This document shows positions 9,230 to 18,879 of a DNA stretch of 64,000 bases, piece by piece (position 1 is the first letter of the stretch; the number at the start of each line of letters is the position of its first letter). The stretch spans positions 1 through 64,000 of the forward strand of contig JBEKTQ010000020.1 of NCBI GenBank assembly GCA_049515895.1. The letters are read 5' to 3'. This DNA comes from Candidatus Bathyarchaeia archaeon (lineage in GTDB: Archaea; Thermoproteota; Bathyarchaeia; Bathyarchaeales; Bathycorpusculaceae). A model generated the notes under the pieces. It made no database searches. It had not been told where the DNA came from and saw only the letters and a list, made by a program, of their open reading frames with translations. A program made the position numbers and the translations under genes.

Positions 9230-10900
9230 GTGCTAACGTCAGCAGTTAACAAAGTTAATGCGAAACCTGTGCTGGTTTTGAGAGAGGGAGCAGGAGACAA
9301 GGAGAATTCTCTACTCAATAGCATACAGGCAGCTAGAACAGTATCTGAGGTACTGAAAAGTTCTTTAGGACCTAAAGGCATGGACAAAATGCTGATTAAC
9401 AATTTTGGCGACATAATCATAACGAATGACGGGCGAACTATGCTGCAGGAAATGGATCTACAACACCCAGTAGCCAGAATGATGGTTGATGTAGCGAAAA
9501 CAATTGACAACGAGGTCGGTGATGGCACCACTTCCAGCGTTGTTGTTGCGGGCGAATTACTCGGTAAAGCTGAACAGCTAATCAAAAAGGGAATTCATCC
9601 CACCCTTATCGCAGACGGTTATGAGAAAGCATCTGAAAAAGCTTTGGAAACGCTTGACAACATCGCCATCACAATATCTCTTGAGAACAAGAATGAATTA
9701 AAGAAGATAGCAGCAACATCCTTGGCTAGCAAAATCATTTCAAACCTTAAAGAGCCATTGTCTGAAGTTGTTGTGTCAGCGATTTTCAGCGTAATAAGAG
9801 AGGTTGACGGCAAGAACATTGTTGACTTGGACGACGTTATGGTGGAGAAAAAACTGGGCGAATCCTTAGCTAGCACCAATCTAGTCAAAGGCGTAATAAT
9901 CAACAAAGAAATAATTCACCCCGCCATGCCAAAGCGAGTCGAAGAAGCTAGAATTGCCTTGATTGACAAAGCATTGGACCTTGAAAAGGCACAATTTGAT
10001 TCCAAAATACGGATTGACAACCCCGAGCAAATTGAAGAATTTATCAAACAAGAAGATGCATTAATCGGAAAGTTAGTTGACAAAATCGCCAGTACAGGTG
10101 CTAACGTGCTTATTTTACAGGAAGATCTTAACAAACTGGCAAATTATTTGCTAGCTAAAAAGGGAATACTGACAATTCGCCGCGTTAACCAGTCCATAAT
10201 GAAAAAAGTCGCAAAAGCCACCGGCGGACACATCATAAACAACTTTGATGCCTTAACGGAAAAAGATTTGGGCTTTGCTGAAGTTGTAGAAGAACGCACC
10301 ATCGGCGGTTCAAAGCTGCTTTTTGTTGAAAACTGCAGAAACCCTCATTCAGTCGCGATATTGATTCGTGGGGCTAACAAGAGAATTGTCGATGAGGCTG
10401 AAAGGTCAATTCACGATGCATTGTGCGTTGTGCGAGATGTAGTTCAGGAACAGAAAATCGTGGCTGGAGGCGGAGCACCAGAAATTGAAGTAGCAAGATC
10501 ACTAAGGAAGTATGCAGTTACACTAGTGGGAAAAGAACAGCTTGCCGTGAACGCTTACGCAGACGCCCTCGAAATAGTGCCAGCTACTCTGTCAGAAAAC
10601 GCTGGTTTGAACTCGATTGACACGCTGCCAGAACTCAGAAGTTGCCATGAAAAAGGTGAAGTGTGGGCCGGAGTCAACGTTTATGTGGGAAAAATTCAAG
10701 ACATGAAATCACTTGAAGTCTATGAACCATTATCGGTAAAAAAACAGATTATTAAATCTGCAACCGAAGCAGCTATAATGATACTGAAAGTTGACGAGAT
10801 AGTTTCCACGAAAAAACAAATAAGGCGAGAGGAACAGCCAAAGAAAAGCCCAGAAGAAGATAGACGAGAGCGCATGGAAAAGCTGCAATACATGATGTAA
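9230..10900 (+). CDS. Thermosome (group II chaperonin) subunit
   Basis: SSLGPKGMDKM, ITNDG, EVGDGTTS, RSIHDAL, GGGAPEIE. Confidence 0.95.
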   Translation: MLTSAVNKVNAKPVLVLREGAGDKENSLLNSIQAARTVSEVLKSSLGPKGMDKMLINNFGDIIITNDGRTMLQEMDLQHPVARMMVDVAKTIDNEVGDGTTSSVVVAGELLGKAEQLIKKGIHPTLIADGYEKASEKALETLDNIAITISLENKNELKKIAATSLASKIISNLKEPLSEVVVSAIFSVIREVDGKNIVDLDDVMVEKKLGESLASTNLVKGVIINKEIIHPAMPKRVEEARIALIDKALDLEKAQFDSKIRIDNPEQIEEFIKQEDALIGKLVDKIASTGANVLILQEDLNKLANYLLAKKGILTIRRVNQSIMKKVAKATGGHIINNFDALTEKDLGFAEVVEERTIGGSKLLFVENCRNPHSVAILIRGANKRIVDEAERSIHDALCVVRDVVQEQKIVAGGGAPEIEVARSLRKYAVTLVGKEQLAVNAYADALEIVPATLSENAGLNSIDTLPELRSCHEKGEVWAGVNVYVGKIQDMKSLEVYEPLSVKKQIIKSATEAAIMILKVDEIVSTKKQIRREEQPKKSPEEDRRERMEKLQYMM

Positions 10901-10918
10901 CTGAGTGATAATGAAATT

Positions 10919-11257
10919 ATGGTCACGAAAGTCAGAGTTGATCCAGGAATATGCAAATTCGTAACCGTTGTAAAAGCTGAAAAGAAACATAATCAAGAAA
11001 TTGAAATAAGCATTGCAAGCGCGTGCCCGAACTTGAGCCATTTTAAGGACGCTGTGAAGACAGTAAAAATGCATGATGCTGTAAATCTGCCTAAAGCAAA
11101 CTTCATATTGCAAAAAGCGGCTGAATCAATACCGCATTCTGGCTGCGCCATTCCCATCGGAATCATAAAAGCATGCGAAGCAGAAATTAAATTTGCACTT
11201 AAGAGAGAAGTAAAAATAGAATTCGTAACTGAAGATATGAAGGAAAAGTCAGGCTAG
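10919..11257 (+). CDS. Small Cys-containing protein (DUF6951-like), paralog of 28979-29305
   Basis: MVTKVRVDPGIC...ACPNL...PHSGCAIPIGIIKACE. Confidence 0.7.
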   Translation: MVTKVRVDPGICKFVTVVKAEKKHNQEIEISIASACPNLSHFKDAVKTVKMHDAVNLPKANFILQKAAESIPHSGCAIPIGIIKACEAEIKFALKREVKIEFVTEDMKEKSG

Positions 11258-11289
11258 CGACTTCCTATTCAAGTCTAAGAATAACCTTC

Positions 11290-13053
11290 TTACAGGTTTT
11301 TTTCCCAAGGCTGTTTATACCCCTCTGCTGTAGTTTCCAAAACTTTAGGTACCATATCTTGCTCAATCTTTTCGATTTCTTCATCAGTCTTGGGCTCTTC
11401 AGGCTTTGTTTCACCCGACGATTTTGCAGCGAGCGAATAGTCAATTCTTAAGATCACTTCAACAGTTTCAAAAGCTGAATTCAAAGCCTGCAACTTAATG
11501 CGCACGGGTTCAAGAACACCAAGTTTCTCCATATCATCGAGAATTTTCTTGTAGGGTTCAATTCCGATTGTTTTTTCACCGTTCTCATGTCTTAGTTTCA
11601 GTTCAGAAATCATATCAAGTGGATCGACGCCTGCGTTCTTGCACAGTATTTTGCATAGCTCTTCAAGCGCTTCTGCAAAAGCTGTTATGGCAAGCTGCTC
11701 TTTCGTACGAATCTCGTTGGCGAATTTTTTGAGTTGAGAAGCAACCTCAATTTCTAAAGCGCCACCGCCGTAGACAGCACGAGGATCTTTGTAGATTTCT
11801 CTGATAGCTGACAAACCATCCTTTATTCCGCGGGCGGCTTCATCAACAAATAGTTTTGAACCCCCATGCAAAATTATCGCTTTGGCTCGAGAATCATATT
11901 TGCCGGTGAAAAAAACGTATTCTTTTTCATACATCTTTTGCGTGTACACTAGTTCACTTGATCCCAAGAATTCTGAGGTTAACTCATCCAAGTTATCAGT
12001 TAAGATACCGCCGGTTACCTTCTGTATTCCCATCAGATCAGGCATAAGGATTCGTTTAAAAGCTAAGACGCCTCTTTTTGAGAAGTATTCAAAGGCAACG
12101 TCATTAATATTCCAATTTGAGATTACCACATTGGCTCCAGAAGCAACAATTTTTTGAGCCATTTTTTGCGCTATTTCTTTTTCTTTTTCGGCGAACCCAT
12201 CAATGTTCTCTTTTTTCGTAACGTCTATCTTGATGAAGTCGCCGTATTTTGAGTATTGACCCATTGAGAAAGCTTCCATAGGGCGCGTAATAAATGCGAC
12301 TTGAGCGTTTTCTATGCGTTCGGGCATTTCGAAGCGGCTCATTGGAAAGGAAACAACCCAACCGTCAAAAAGGTAACTTTCTGATAAGAGCCCATTTTCT
12401 ATTTTTTCAACTTTAATGTTTGCTATGTCAAGTTTTCGGTCTTTTTCTTGTTCTTCGGAGGCTTCTTCAGCCGCCTTGGTTATTAGATCAATCATGTGTT
12501 GAATAGAATTGTGAGGAATTTTGTTTCTCATCGCCGTCGAAGCAATTTTTCTAATAGAAGCATTGTCATGAATGTTGCATAGAACAGTTTCGTTAGTAAC
12601 TATTTCAACTGCTTTCTGGCACGCTTTCTGGTAGCCGTCAATTATTGTTCTTGGATGCAAGCCATTATCTAGTAATTTTTGAGCTTTGTCCAAGAGCTTG
12701 CCGATTAGGATGATTGTTGTCTTCACTCCGCCTCCGACTTCGTCACTAACGGCTTTGGCTGTCTCGGCGAACATTTGGCCAACTGGGTTTGTGAAGTTTG
12801 CTCCGTTAATGATTGTGTACCCGTCGCTTGTTAGATCATTTATGTCTGGAGCCCAACCGAGCTCATCTTGAACAACCGTCATAAGTTTCTTTGAACCTTG
12901 AGGCCCAAATCCCGGTTCTAACATTTCACCTATAACAGATGACAAAGCGATATTAGTCACTCGTACTTCTTTTGCGCCAGTCTTATCTGAATCATTCAGT
13001 TGTCTACTTGGAGCAAAGCCGCCTTTTTGTTTTGCATTAGGGATGTTTTTCAA
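11290..13053 (-). CDS. Divergent thermosome-like chaperonin with degenerate ATP-binding motif
   Basis: GPQGSKKL, LTSDGYTI, EVGGGVKTT (for GDGTTT), YGGGALEIE, VILRID. Confidence 0.9.
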   Translation of the reverse strand: MKNIPNAKQKGGFAPSRQLNDSDKTGAKEVRVTNIALSSVIGEMLEPGFGPQGSKKLMTVVQDELGWAPDINDLTSDGYTIINGANFTNPVGQMFAETAKAVSDEVGGGVKTTIILIGKLLDKAQKLLDNGLHPRTIIDGYQKACQKAVEIVTNETVLCNIHDNASIRKIASTAMRNKIPHNSIQHMIDLITKAAEEASEEQEKDRKLDIANIKVEKIENGLLSESYLFDGWVVSFPMSRFEMPERIENAQVAFITRPMEAFSMGQYSKYGDFIKIDVTKKENIDGFAEKEKEIAQKMAQKIVASGANVVISNWNINDVAFEYFSKRGVLAFKRILMPDLMGIQKVTGGILTDNLDELTSEFLGSSELVYTQKMYEKEYVFFTGKYDSRAKAIILHGGSKLFVDEAARGIKDGLSAIREIYKDPRAVYGGGALEIEVASQLKKFANEIRTKEQLAITAFAEALEELCKILCKNAGVDPLDMISELKLRHENGEKTIGIEPYKKILDDMEKLGVLEPVRIKLQALNSAFETVEVILRIDYSLAAKSSGETKPEEPKTDEEIEKIEQDMVPKVLETTAEGYKQPWEKNL

Positions 13054-13333
13054 AGCCTATTCATCTCATATTTGATTTGGGTGTAGAGCTAGTATCGTCG
13101 CTATATATTATTTGTTTGATAACTTATTTTTTCATGTTATATTAGGCTTCATAATAAGGTTTGCATTTTATTAGCGTTGATCTTGTCTTTTTGTAACTAA
13201 CTGACCTTATGATTTTGCCTTCTAAACCCTTAAAGTCATTTATTCTAAAGCGCTTCCTTATTGTTCTATTTACTTTAGCGAGAAAAAATTACTTATTATC
13301 AATCTTCGATTAAGAATTGTTTCAGAGCAATGG

Positions 13334-13714
13334 TTGCAAAGAGTGTGCGCAATGGCTCCAGAAGCGCCTCTAACCACGATGGAGGTCGTATGTCAAGTTG
13401 CATCTGAGAACCTTGGTTGTAACGGTATTTTAGGACACGCAGAGTCGCCGCCTATTGAGGAGTGGTACAAAATGACCCGAAAATTCGATAACGTAGTAGC
13501 ACTATGTGGACCTGACGTGAAAACTATTTTGGATGGTCCTAAAAAGAAGATTCTTGAAATGTGGAAACGGCAGGCAAAAATATTTGCACAGTATCCCACA
13601 CAAGGATTTAGAACTAAACATGCATTAGGCTTTGATCCTACCACACCACTGGAAAACATGGAATATACAGTCAAGGCATATCTTGAAACCTTTAAGATAC
13701 CGCTACCAGCGTAA
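13334..13714 (+). pseudogene. C-terminal fragment of a UroD/MtaA-family methyltransferase paralog
   Basis: Aligns by eye to the C-terminus of 36949-38220 (EWY..TRK.DN, YPTQG.RT, DPT.PL, E.FK.PL.A); N-terminal ~300 aa absent. Confidence 0.75.
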
Positions 13715-13825
13715 ATCAGAAAAAATACAATCAAGAATTTTTTTCCTTTTTTATTGTAAACTTCTCGTACCTTAGTGTGGCGCGCTTAAGCTCTAACCAA
13801 AACAAAAAGAAAAAAAGGCGCTTGA

Positions 13826-15154
13826 TCATGGCTGTTGGATCGCTTTTAGAGTGTTTAGTGTATCCTCAAGGATGGTTAGTACACCGTTAAAGCCGATTAA
13901 CGGTCGAAAAGTCAAACTGACTTGATCATAGTAGGGGTATGTGAATGGGATGAAACCGAATTTAGCGTCAGGAACCCCTCTTGATACTCGATCTTCAACA
14001 TTGCTTCCATAAATCAGGTCAGGCTTCTTATCGGACAGTGCTTCGCGTATGTCGTATTGATCTGGGCTATAAAGTATGGTTGTATCTAAAGAGTTTTCAG
14101 CAATGTATTGGTTTAGCAGTTTCTGGTTCTCGGGTCCAACTTCTCTTAAGCCAATGACATCAGGGTACAACCCCAAGTACTTATGAAGGAAAGATATCAA
14201 CGGCACAGCTGTGGAGGAGTCACCAAAGTAGCCAAATCTTATACCTCGCAGACCACCCATCAAAACAGATATCCGGTCAAGTGTACGATAACACTTCATC
14301 TTCACCTTATTAGATTCCTCATTAATCATTGTTTTGGGCAAATTGAAAAAATCTGCAATCTTTCCGAACCAGATCTCAGAGGAAACGAAACCGTAAGGTG
14401 AAGACTCTTTAATGCCCATGTATGGGGTGCCATAGTCATGTTCAAGTTGCTGTGCTATTGTGTTGCCATATTCCTCGTATAGGACAACGTTGAGCTCGGC
14501 TCTATTTGCCATTTTAAGGTTCTCAAGGGTTTCTCCAGCGCATATTTTGGAGATGACTTTTATGCCTATTAGTTCAAGTGTTCTTTTGATTTCGGCAGTG
14601 TCGCTTTCCCAGTTGTACTGAAAAATGTTCGCTCCGATCAAGTTCACACTTTTGGGGATTTTTGGGCCATCATTTTCTATTACTGCTTTCAGTATTTCGT
14701 TCGATGCTCTCTTAAAGCCATCAACGAAGGTTCCCGTGAAACAGGAGCTTTCAATCGGAACGGTCTTGTATTTGGGAGAAGATTTTTTTAGGATAGCAAT
14801 GAGATCGTCCCCGATTAAAGAAGTTCCGGGAGAGTTAATTATGCCTACGAGGTCATAATCGAAATTTGATATCTGATTAATTGCGGTTGTAAGTTTTTCT
14901 TCTGCACTGTTAACATAATCATATTCATCCAGAAAGGTACTGGGCACTCGCTGAAAATAGATGTCAGTGAAATATTTATCCAATCCAAGCGGTGTAGTCT
15001 GGGCATCCTGTATTCCCGTAAGATAAGAAAGATAAGTTCTGCAGCCATTAGGACCATTAACTAACGCGGCGGAGTTCTTTATGCCTTCAAACGCTGTAAC
15101 CGCTCCAGCGAGAGAGTCAGGTCTATGCATTGAGATTGAAAAGTTTTCGGTCAT
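13826..15154 (-). CDS. Nitrogenase component-1-like subunit (group IV Nfl, NifK/D-like)
   Basis: RPDSLAGA, VNGPNGC, SPGTSLIGDD, VNLIG, IYGS, PLIGFNG; start taken at ATG 15154 (track start 15220). Confidence 0.85.
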   Translation of the reverse strand: MTENFSISMHRPDSLAGAVTAFEGIKNSAALVNGPNGCRTYLSYLTGIQDAQTTPLGLDKYFTDIYFQRVPSTFLDEYDYVNSAEEKLTTAINQISNFDYDLVGIINSPGTSLIGDDLIAILKKSSPKYKTVPIESSCFTGTFVDGFKRASNEILKAVIENDGPKIPKSVNLIGANIFQYNWESDTAEIKRTLELIGIKVISKICAGETLENLKMANRAELNVVLYEEYGNTIAQQLEHDYGTPYMGIKESSPYGFVSSEIWFGKIADFFNLPKTMINEESNKVKMKCYRTLDRISVLMGGLRGIRFGYFGDSSTAVPLISFLHKYLGLYPDVIGLREVGPENQKLLNQYIAENSLDTTILYSPDQYDIREALSDKKPDLIYGSNVEDRVSRGVPDAKFGFIPFTYPYYDQVSLTFRPLIGFNGVLTILEDTLNTLKAIQQP

Positions 15155-17345
15155 ATTTCCAGCCTTCACTAAAGGGTACTTTAAGTCTCGTTGTCCATTT
15201 GCGGACGTATTCCATTCCACTCAAGAAGCCGTAGGATGGACAGAACGGAAAGACATCGTGAATGATCTTGGTATTTGTCAGGTTTTTAGGCATGAAATTG
15301 TACAGAACTAGGTCTGGCTGATGTTCCAGAATGTCTTTTTCTCGGTTATCAAAAGGGTAATCGTTGACCACTTGCACTTTATCCGCAAATCGTGAGCAAA
15401 AGTTCTCGGTCTCATAATAAAATTTTGATACACACACCTTTTGCACGTTTGCATGCAGATCAAGCAGGGTCGCAATTAACCAGTCTATGTATATGACGAA
15501 GCCGAAGATCATTACTTTTTTAGCTTCCCAGAAGGGTTGGTAATGAGCGATCTGAGCATCATACTTAAGTCTGGCTTGATTGATTAACGTTTCAGCTTCG
15601 CTTTCCCGGTGGAACATCTTTCCCAATGCCCTTGTAAACTCTACTGTTTGCTCAAAAGCCAATGGAAGTGGAGCCTTCAAGTATGGAACGTTGAAATCCT
15701 TATCAAAGTAATCTAAAAGATTTTGAACAACTATTTCGTTGGTCGCGGGGATATTTACGGTTGCTAATTTAAAGTTCTTGATCGATTGCACAGTTGTTTT
15801 TCTGATGAACCTGCAGTTAATCGTGAGCTCGAGAGCGTTAAGAACGTTTGTTAATTCGTTAAAGTTCTTATCGGCAACCGTGGAAAGCCCTTGTTCACCG
15901 ATGATGTTTATCATGTCGCCGCTAGGAGTTAGGTTTCTGTTGATAAAATGTTCAGCAATAATTTTGTAAGAATTTTGGACACCCGCATTGAAGTCACCGC
16001 TCATAGCACCGTCGCTTTTAAGATCAACAACGTCCAAGCCTTCTTTTCGCAGCTGCTCAATTATGTGGGCTGAGTCTTCTCCGATTATGCCTGAGGGACA
16101 AGAAGTAATCACAAAGGTGACAGCTGGCGAGACACGTTTGTTCGCGTCCAAGATTACCTGTTTTAGTTTTTTTTCAGCGCCAAAGATCACTTCTTTCTCG
16201 CGCATATCGGTGCAAACTAGGTTCGGCAGGATCGTTTTTTCAGATGGTTGAGGAGTATTCAACGTGGTGTAAAAAGTATTGAATGCACAAGCTATAGGCG
16301 AATCCATAACGGCTACTGCATCCTCGATTTGGCTGACAACAGCATAAGCCCCAGCCAGTGAGCAGCCATAAAGAAGCGCCCTCGGTTTTAAGGAAGTAAC
16401 CTTTGCGCTGGCCCAATCAATACTGGTCTCTTTAGCATCTTTCACCGGATCGCATGTCTGGCAATCAGCCGTTTTCAAATTTTTTTTGACGCTATAGGTA
16501 TTGGGAAAATTTTTTCTTACGGGTTTTTTGCAGTAGCAGAATTCGCTGATGAAGTCTTCAAGCGCTGAATCCTCCATAGGCGTTGGAACAACAGGAGTCT
16601 TGTTTTGTTCGATTTTCTGGGCTAATGACCGATAAATTCCTGCCAACTCAGAGTTAGGCGCATATTCAATAACGGTTTGCGATTCAAGCTCAGCCTGTTG
16701 AACAATTTCGCTTCGAGGGATAAAAGCAACCATTTCTGTTCCGAGTTTTTGTGCAAAAGCCGCGATTAGTTCACGCTCTTTTTTGGTACCCCTTTCATTG
16801 CCGATTATGCCAGCCAGTTTGCCTTTGACTGAAGAATGACTTCTTAAGCCTTTAGCAATATTATTAGCAGCGTATAAGGAAGCTAATTCGCCTGAAGTTA
16901 CAATGTATATGGATTGAGCAAAACCTTCGCGCATGGGAACGGCAAAACCGCCACAAACCACATCGCCTAAAACATCAAAAAACACGTACTCAAAATCAGA
17001 CATGTTTAAACCTTGATTATTGAGCAGGTTAATCATCTGGATAATGCCTCTTCCGGCACAGCCAACACCAGGTTCTGGACCTCCGGCTTCAATGCATTTG
17101 GTGCCTTTGTACCCAGTTAACATAACATCAGCAAGTTTTACCGTATCAGAATGATTTAATTGTTCAAGAACAGTAGCTTGCTGAAAACCGCCTAGCAGTA
17201 ATCGTGTAGAATCATGCTTAGGGTCACAACCTATCTGCAGTACTTTGTATCCTTTCTCCGCTAAGGCAGCAGAAACATTTGAGATTGCAGTAGATTTTCC
17301 GATACCTCCTTTACCGTAGAAGGCAATTTTAACCATATCGCTCAT
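15123..17345 (-). CDS. NifH-like Fe protein fused to a nitrogenase component-1-like (NifD/E-like) domain
   Basis: YGKGGIGKS, GCDPKHDST, GPEPGVGCAGRG, DVLGDVVCGGFA; then YGCSLAGA, SPIAC, TSCPSGIIGED. Confidence 0.9.
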   Translation of the reverse strand: MSDMVKIAFYGKGGIGKSTAISNVSAALAEKGYKVLQIGCDPKHDSTRLLLGGFQQATVLEQLNHSDTVKLADVMLTGYKGTKCIEAGGPEPGVGCAGRGIIQMINLLNNQGLNMSDFEYVFFDVLGDVVCGGFAVPMREGFAQSIYIVTSGELASLYAANNIAKGLRSHSSVKGKLAGIIGNERGTKKERELIAAFAQKLGTEMVAFIPRSEIVQQAELESQTVIEYAPNSELAGIYRSLAQKIEQNKTPVVPTPMEDSALEDFISEFCYCKKPVRKNFPNTYSVKKNLKTADCQTCDPVKDAKETSIDWASAKVTSLKPRALLYGCSLAGAYAVVSQIEDAVAVMDSPIACAFNTFYTTLNTPQPSEKTILPNLVCTDMREKEVIFGAEKKLKQVILDANKRVSPAVTFVITSCPSGIIGEDSAHIIEQLRKEGLDVVDLKSDGAMSGDFNAGVQNSYKIIAEHFINRNLTPSGDMINIIGEQGLSTVADKNFNELTNVLNALELTINCRFIRKTTVQSIKNFKLATVNIPATNEIVVQNLLDYFDKDFNVPYLKAPLPLAFEQTVEFTRALGKMFHRESEAETLINQARLKYDAQIAHYQPFWEAKKVMIFGFVIYIDWLIATLLDLHANVQKVCVSKFYYETENFCSRFADKVQVVNDYPFDNREKDILEHQPDLVLYNFMPKNLTNTKIIHDVFPFCPSYGFLSGMEYVRKWTTRLKVPFSEGWKYDRKLFNLNA

Positions 17346-17408
17346 TCCTTTTCTCTGATTATTCTATGTTTGTGATATTGTGAACCTGAGGGCAACAGAC
17401 AGGGGGAA

Positions 17409-18596
17409 TTATGCAGGGCTGATTATTCTGCTCATCAATTCTGGAAAATCCAAAATGTTGTCAACAGTAACCATTTGACATCCTGAATCAGCCAGCAGTT
17501 TACTCCCGTCTTTATAATAATGTTCGAATGGTTTAAACCTGAGAAAGGTTATCCGAACATCCATATTCTGCATTTTAGTGATTTCGTCCAGTGATGCCTC
17601 GACATCTTCTGTTTCAAAGCCCATGTCAGAGAAAATTAGGCAAAAGTTGGCTTGATTACAACCTCCTTGACTGAATTCTGTTCTCGCCCATTTGACCGCT
17701 TGGTGAAGGTTTGTGCCTCCCGAAGACTCCATTGATAGTAGCTTATCAGTTATTTTCATTATGTCTTCTTTGACGCCAAATCTTTTGATTACATCAAGTT
17801 TATCTGAAAAAAGGGAAATAGCGCTTTGATCGTCTCTTGGCAAGCCATGTACAAGAATTGATCCACAGACCGCGCTGGAAACAAGTACTCGATAATCGAA
17901 ACTAGCGCTCATATCTTGAAGATATAAGACGTTTCTTCGTTGTCTTCTGACTTCCCGGGTAAGAAAGTCCTCGTACGAGAGCTGACGCAGGTCTTTTCCA
18001 TCGGCCATTGCGTTTTCCAGGGATAGCTCAAAATCAATTGCTGAAGAATCATCATTACCCGGCATGTACTGACGAACTGAGTAGCCTTTTTCCGGACCGG
18101 TACCGGAAACGTAGAAATTGTTAATGAAGTGGCGAGCATAATACATCCCTGTTTTAGCCAAAGCTTGTCTCGCTCTGGCTAACAAAGCCTTCTTTTCTTC
18201 TTCGTCGTACTCATCTCGATTTTTAAACCAATCATTGAGCACTTTTTCGTCGCCGTCCTTACCAGTTATGGCTTCGACTAGCTGAACTATTACATCCTTA
18301 AATTTTTCTTCACGTGTATAAGCGAGGTAACTATAAGTTTGAACTGCCAAGGATTCCGCTTCAGATCTTATTTCTATATGTGATGTGACAACTGCGGCTT
18401 CAACGTAATCTTGTTGGTTCAAAATACTCTTTTGTCTCATCTGCTTTGCCATTAATAGTTTTGCGATCGCAATTGGTTGCCGTGAGCTAGGTTTGAAAGC
18501 TTCAGGAATAATTTGTGAACTGCGAATTGCGCCGCAGAATTCGCCGGCAAACTCTACTGGATCAACATTTTTGCTTGAACTCAATTTTTCTCTCAC
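17409..18596 (-). CDS. VWA-domain protein with N-terminal AAA-lid-like repeat
   Basis: MIDAS DMSAS, GGTNL, FSDMG; start likely GTG 18596 (track start 18659). Confidence 0.85.
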   Translation of the reverse strand: MREKLSSSKNVDPVEFAGEFCGAIRSSQIIPEAFKPSSRQPIAIAKLLMAKQMRQKSILNQQDYVEAAVVTSHIEIRSEAESLAVQTYSYLAYTREEKFKDVIVQLVEAITGKDGDEKVLNDWFKNRDEYDEEEKKALLARARQALAKTGMYYARHFINNFYVSGTGPEKGYSVRQYMPGNDDSSAIDFELSLENAMADGKDLRQLSYEDFLTREVRRQRRNVLYLQDMSASFDYRVLVSSAVCGSILVHGLPRDDQSAISLFSDKLDVIKRFGVKEDIMKITDKLLSMESSGGTNLHQAVKWARTEFSQGGCNQANFCLIFSDMGFETEDVEASLDEITKMQNMDVRITFLRFKPFEHYYKDGSKLLADSGCQMVTVDNILDFPELMSRIISPA

Positions 18597-18597
18597 G

Positions 18598-18879
18598 TTA
18601 GTTAGATGTATTTTGTTTGGCCAATTTTCTAATGGTGTCTTTGGCAATTTCTTCTGCAATTTTTTGAACTCGGGGGTAGGATGTCACAACGGCAGCATCT
18701 ACAAAGTCAGCTTCGAGTAGCTCACGGTTTTTGATGTATTTTGCTGAAAGAAGCCTCGCAATTGCAATGGATTGTCTGGTGCTTGGAGCAGCAATTTCTT
18801 TAACTTTCTCGAGCTCACGAAAGCTCGCCACAAAATCTGCCGCGAATTGCCCAATTAAAGCATGTGTGTCTACTTGCAC
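18598..18879 (-). CDS. Small protein similar to the VWA protein N-terminus (AAA-lid-like)
   Basis: PSTRQSIAIARLL...DFVDAAVVTS versus PSSRQPIAIAKLL...DYVEAAVVTS. Confidence 0.7.
   Translation of the reverse strand: MQVDTHALIGQFAADFVASFRELEKVKEIAAPSTRQSIAIARLLSAKYIKNRELLEADFVDAAVVTSYPRVQKIAEEIAKDTIRKLAKQNTSN

Noticed and set aside
13826-17345. Bona fide nitrogenase (N2 fixation)
   Set aside because: No nifB/E/N, incomplete P-cluster ligands in the partner subunit, no recognisable FeMoco His motif
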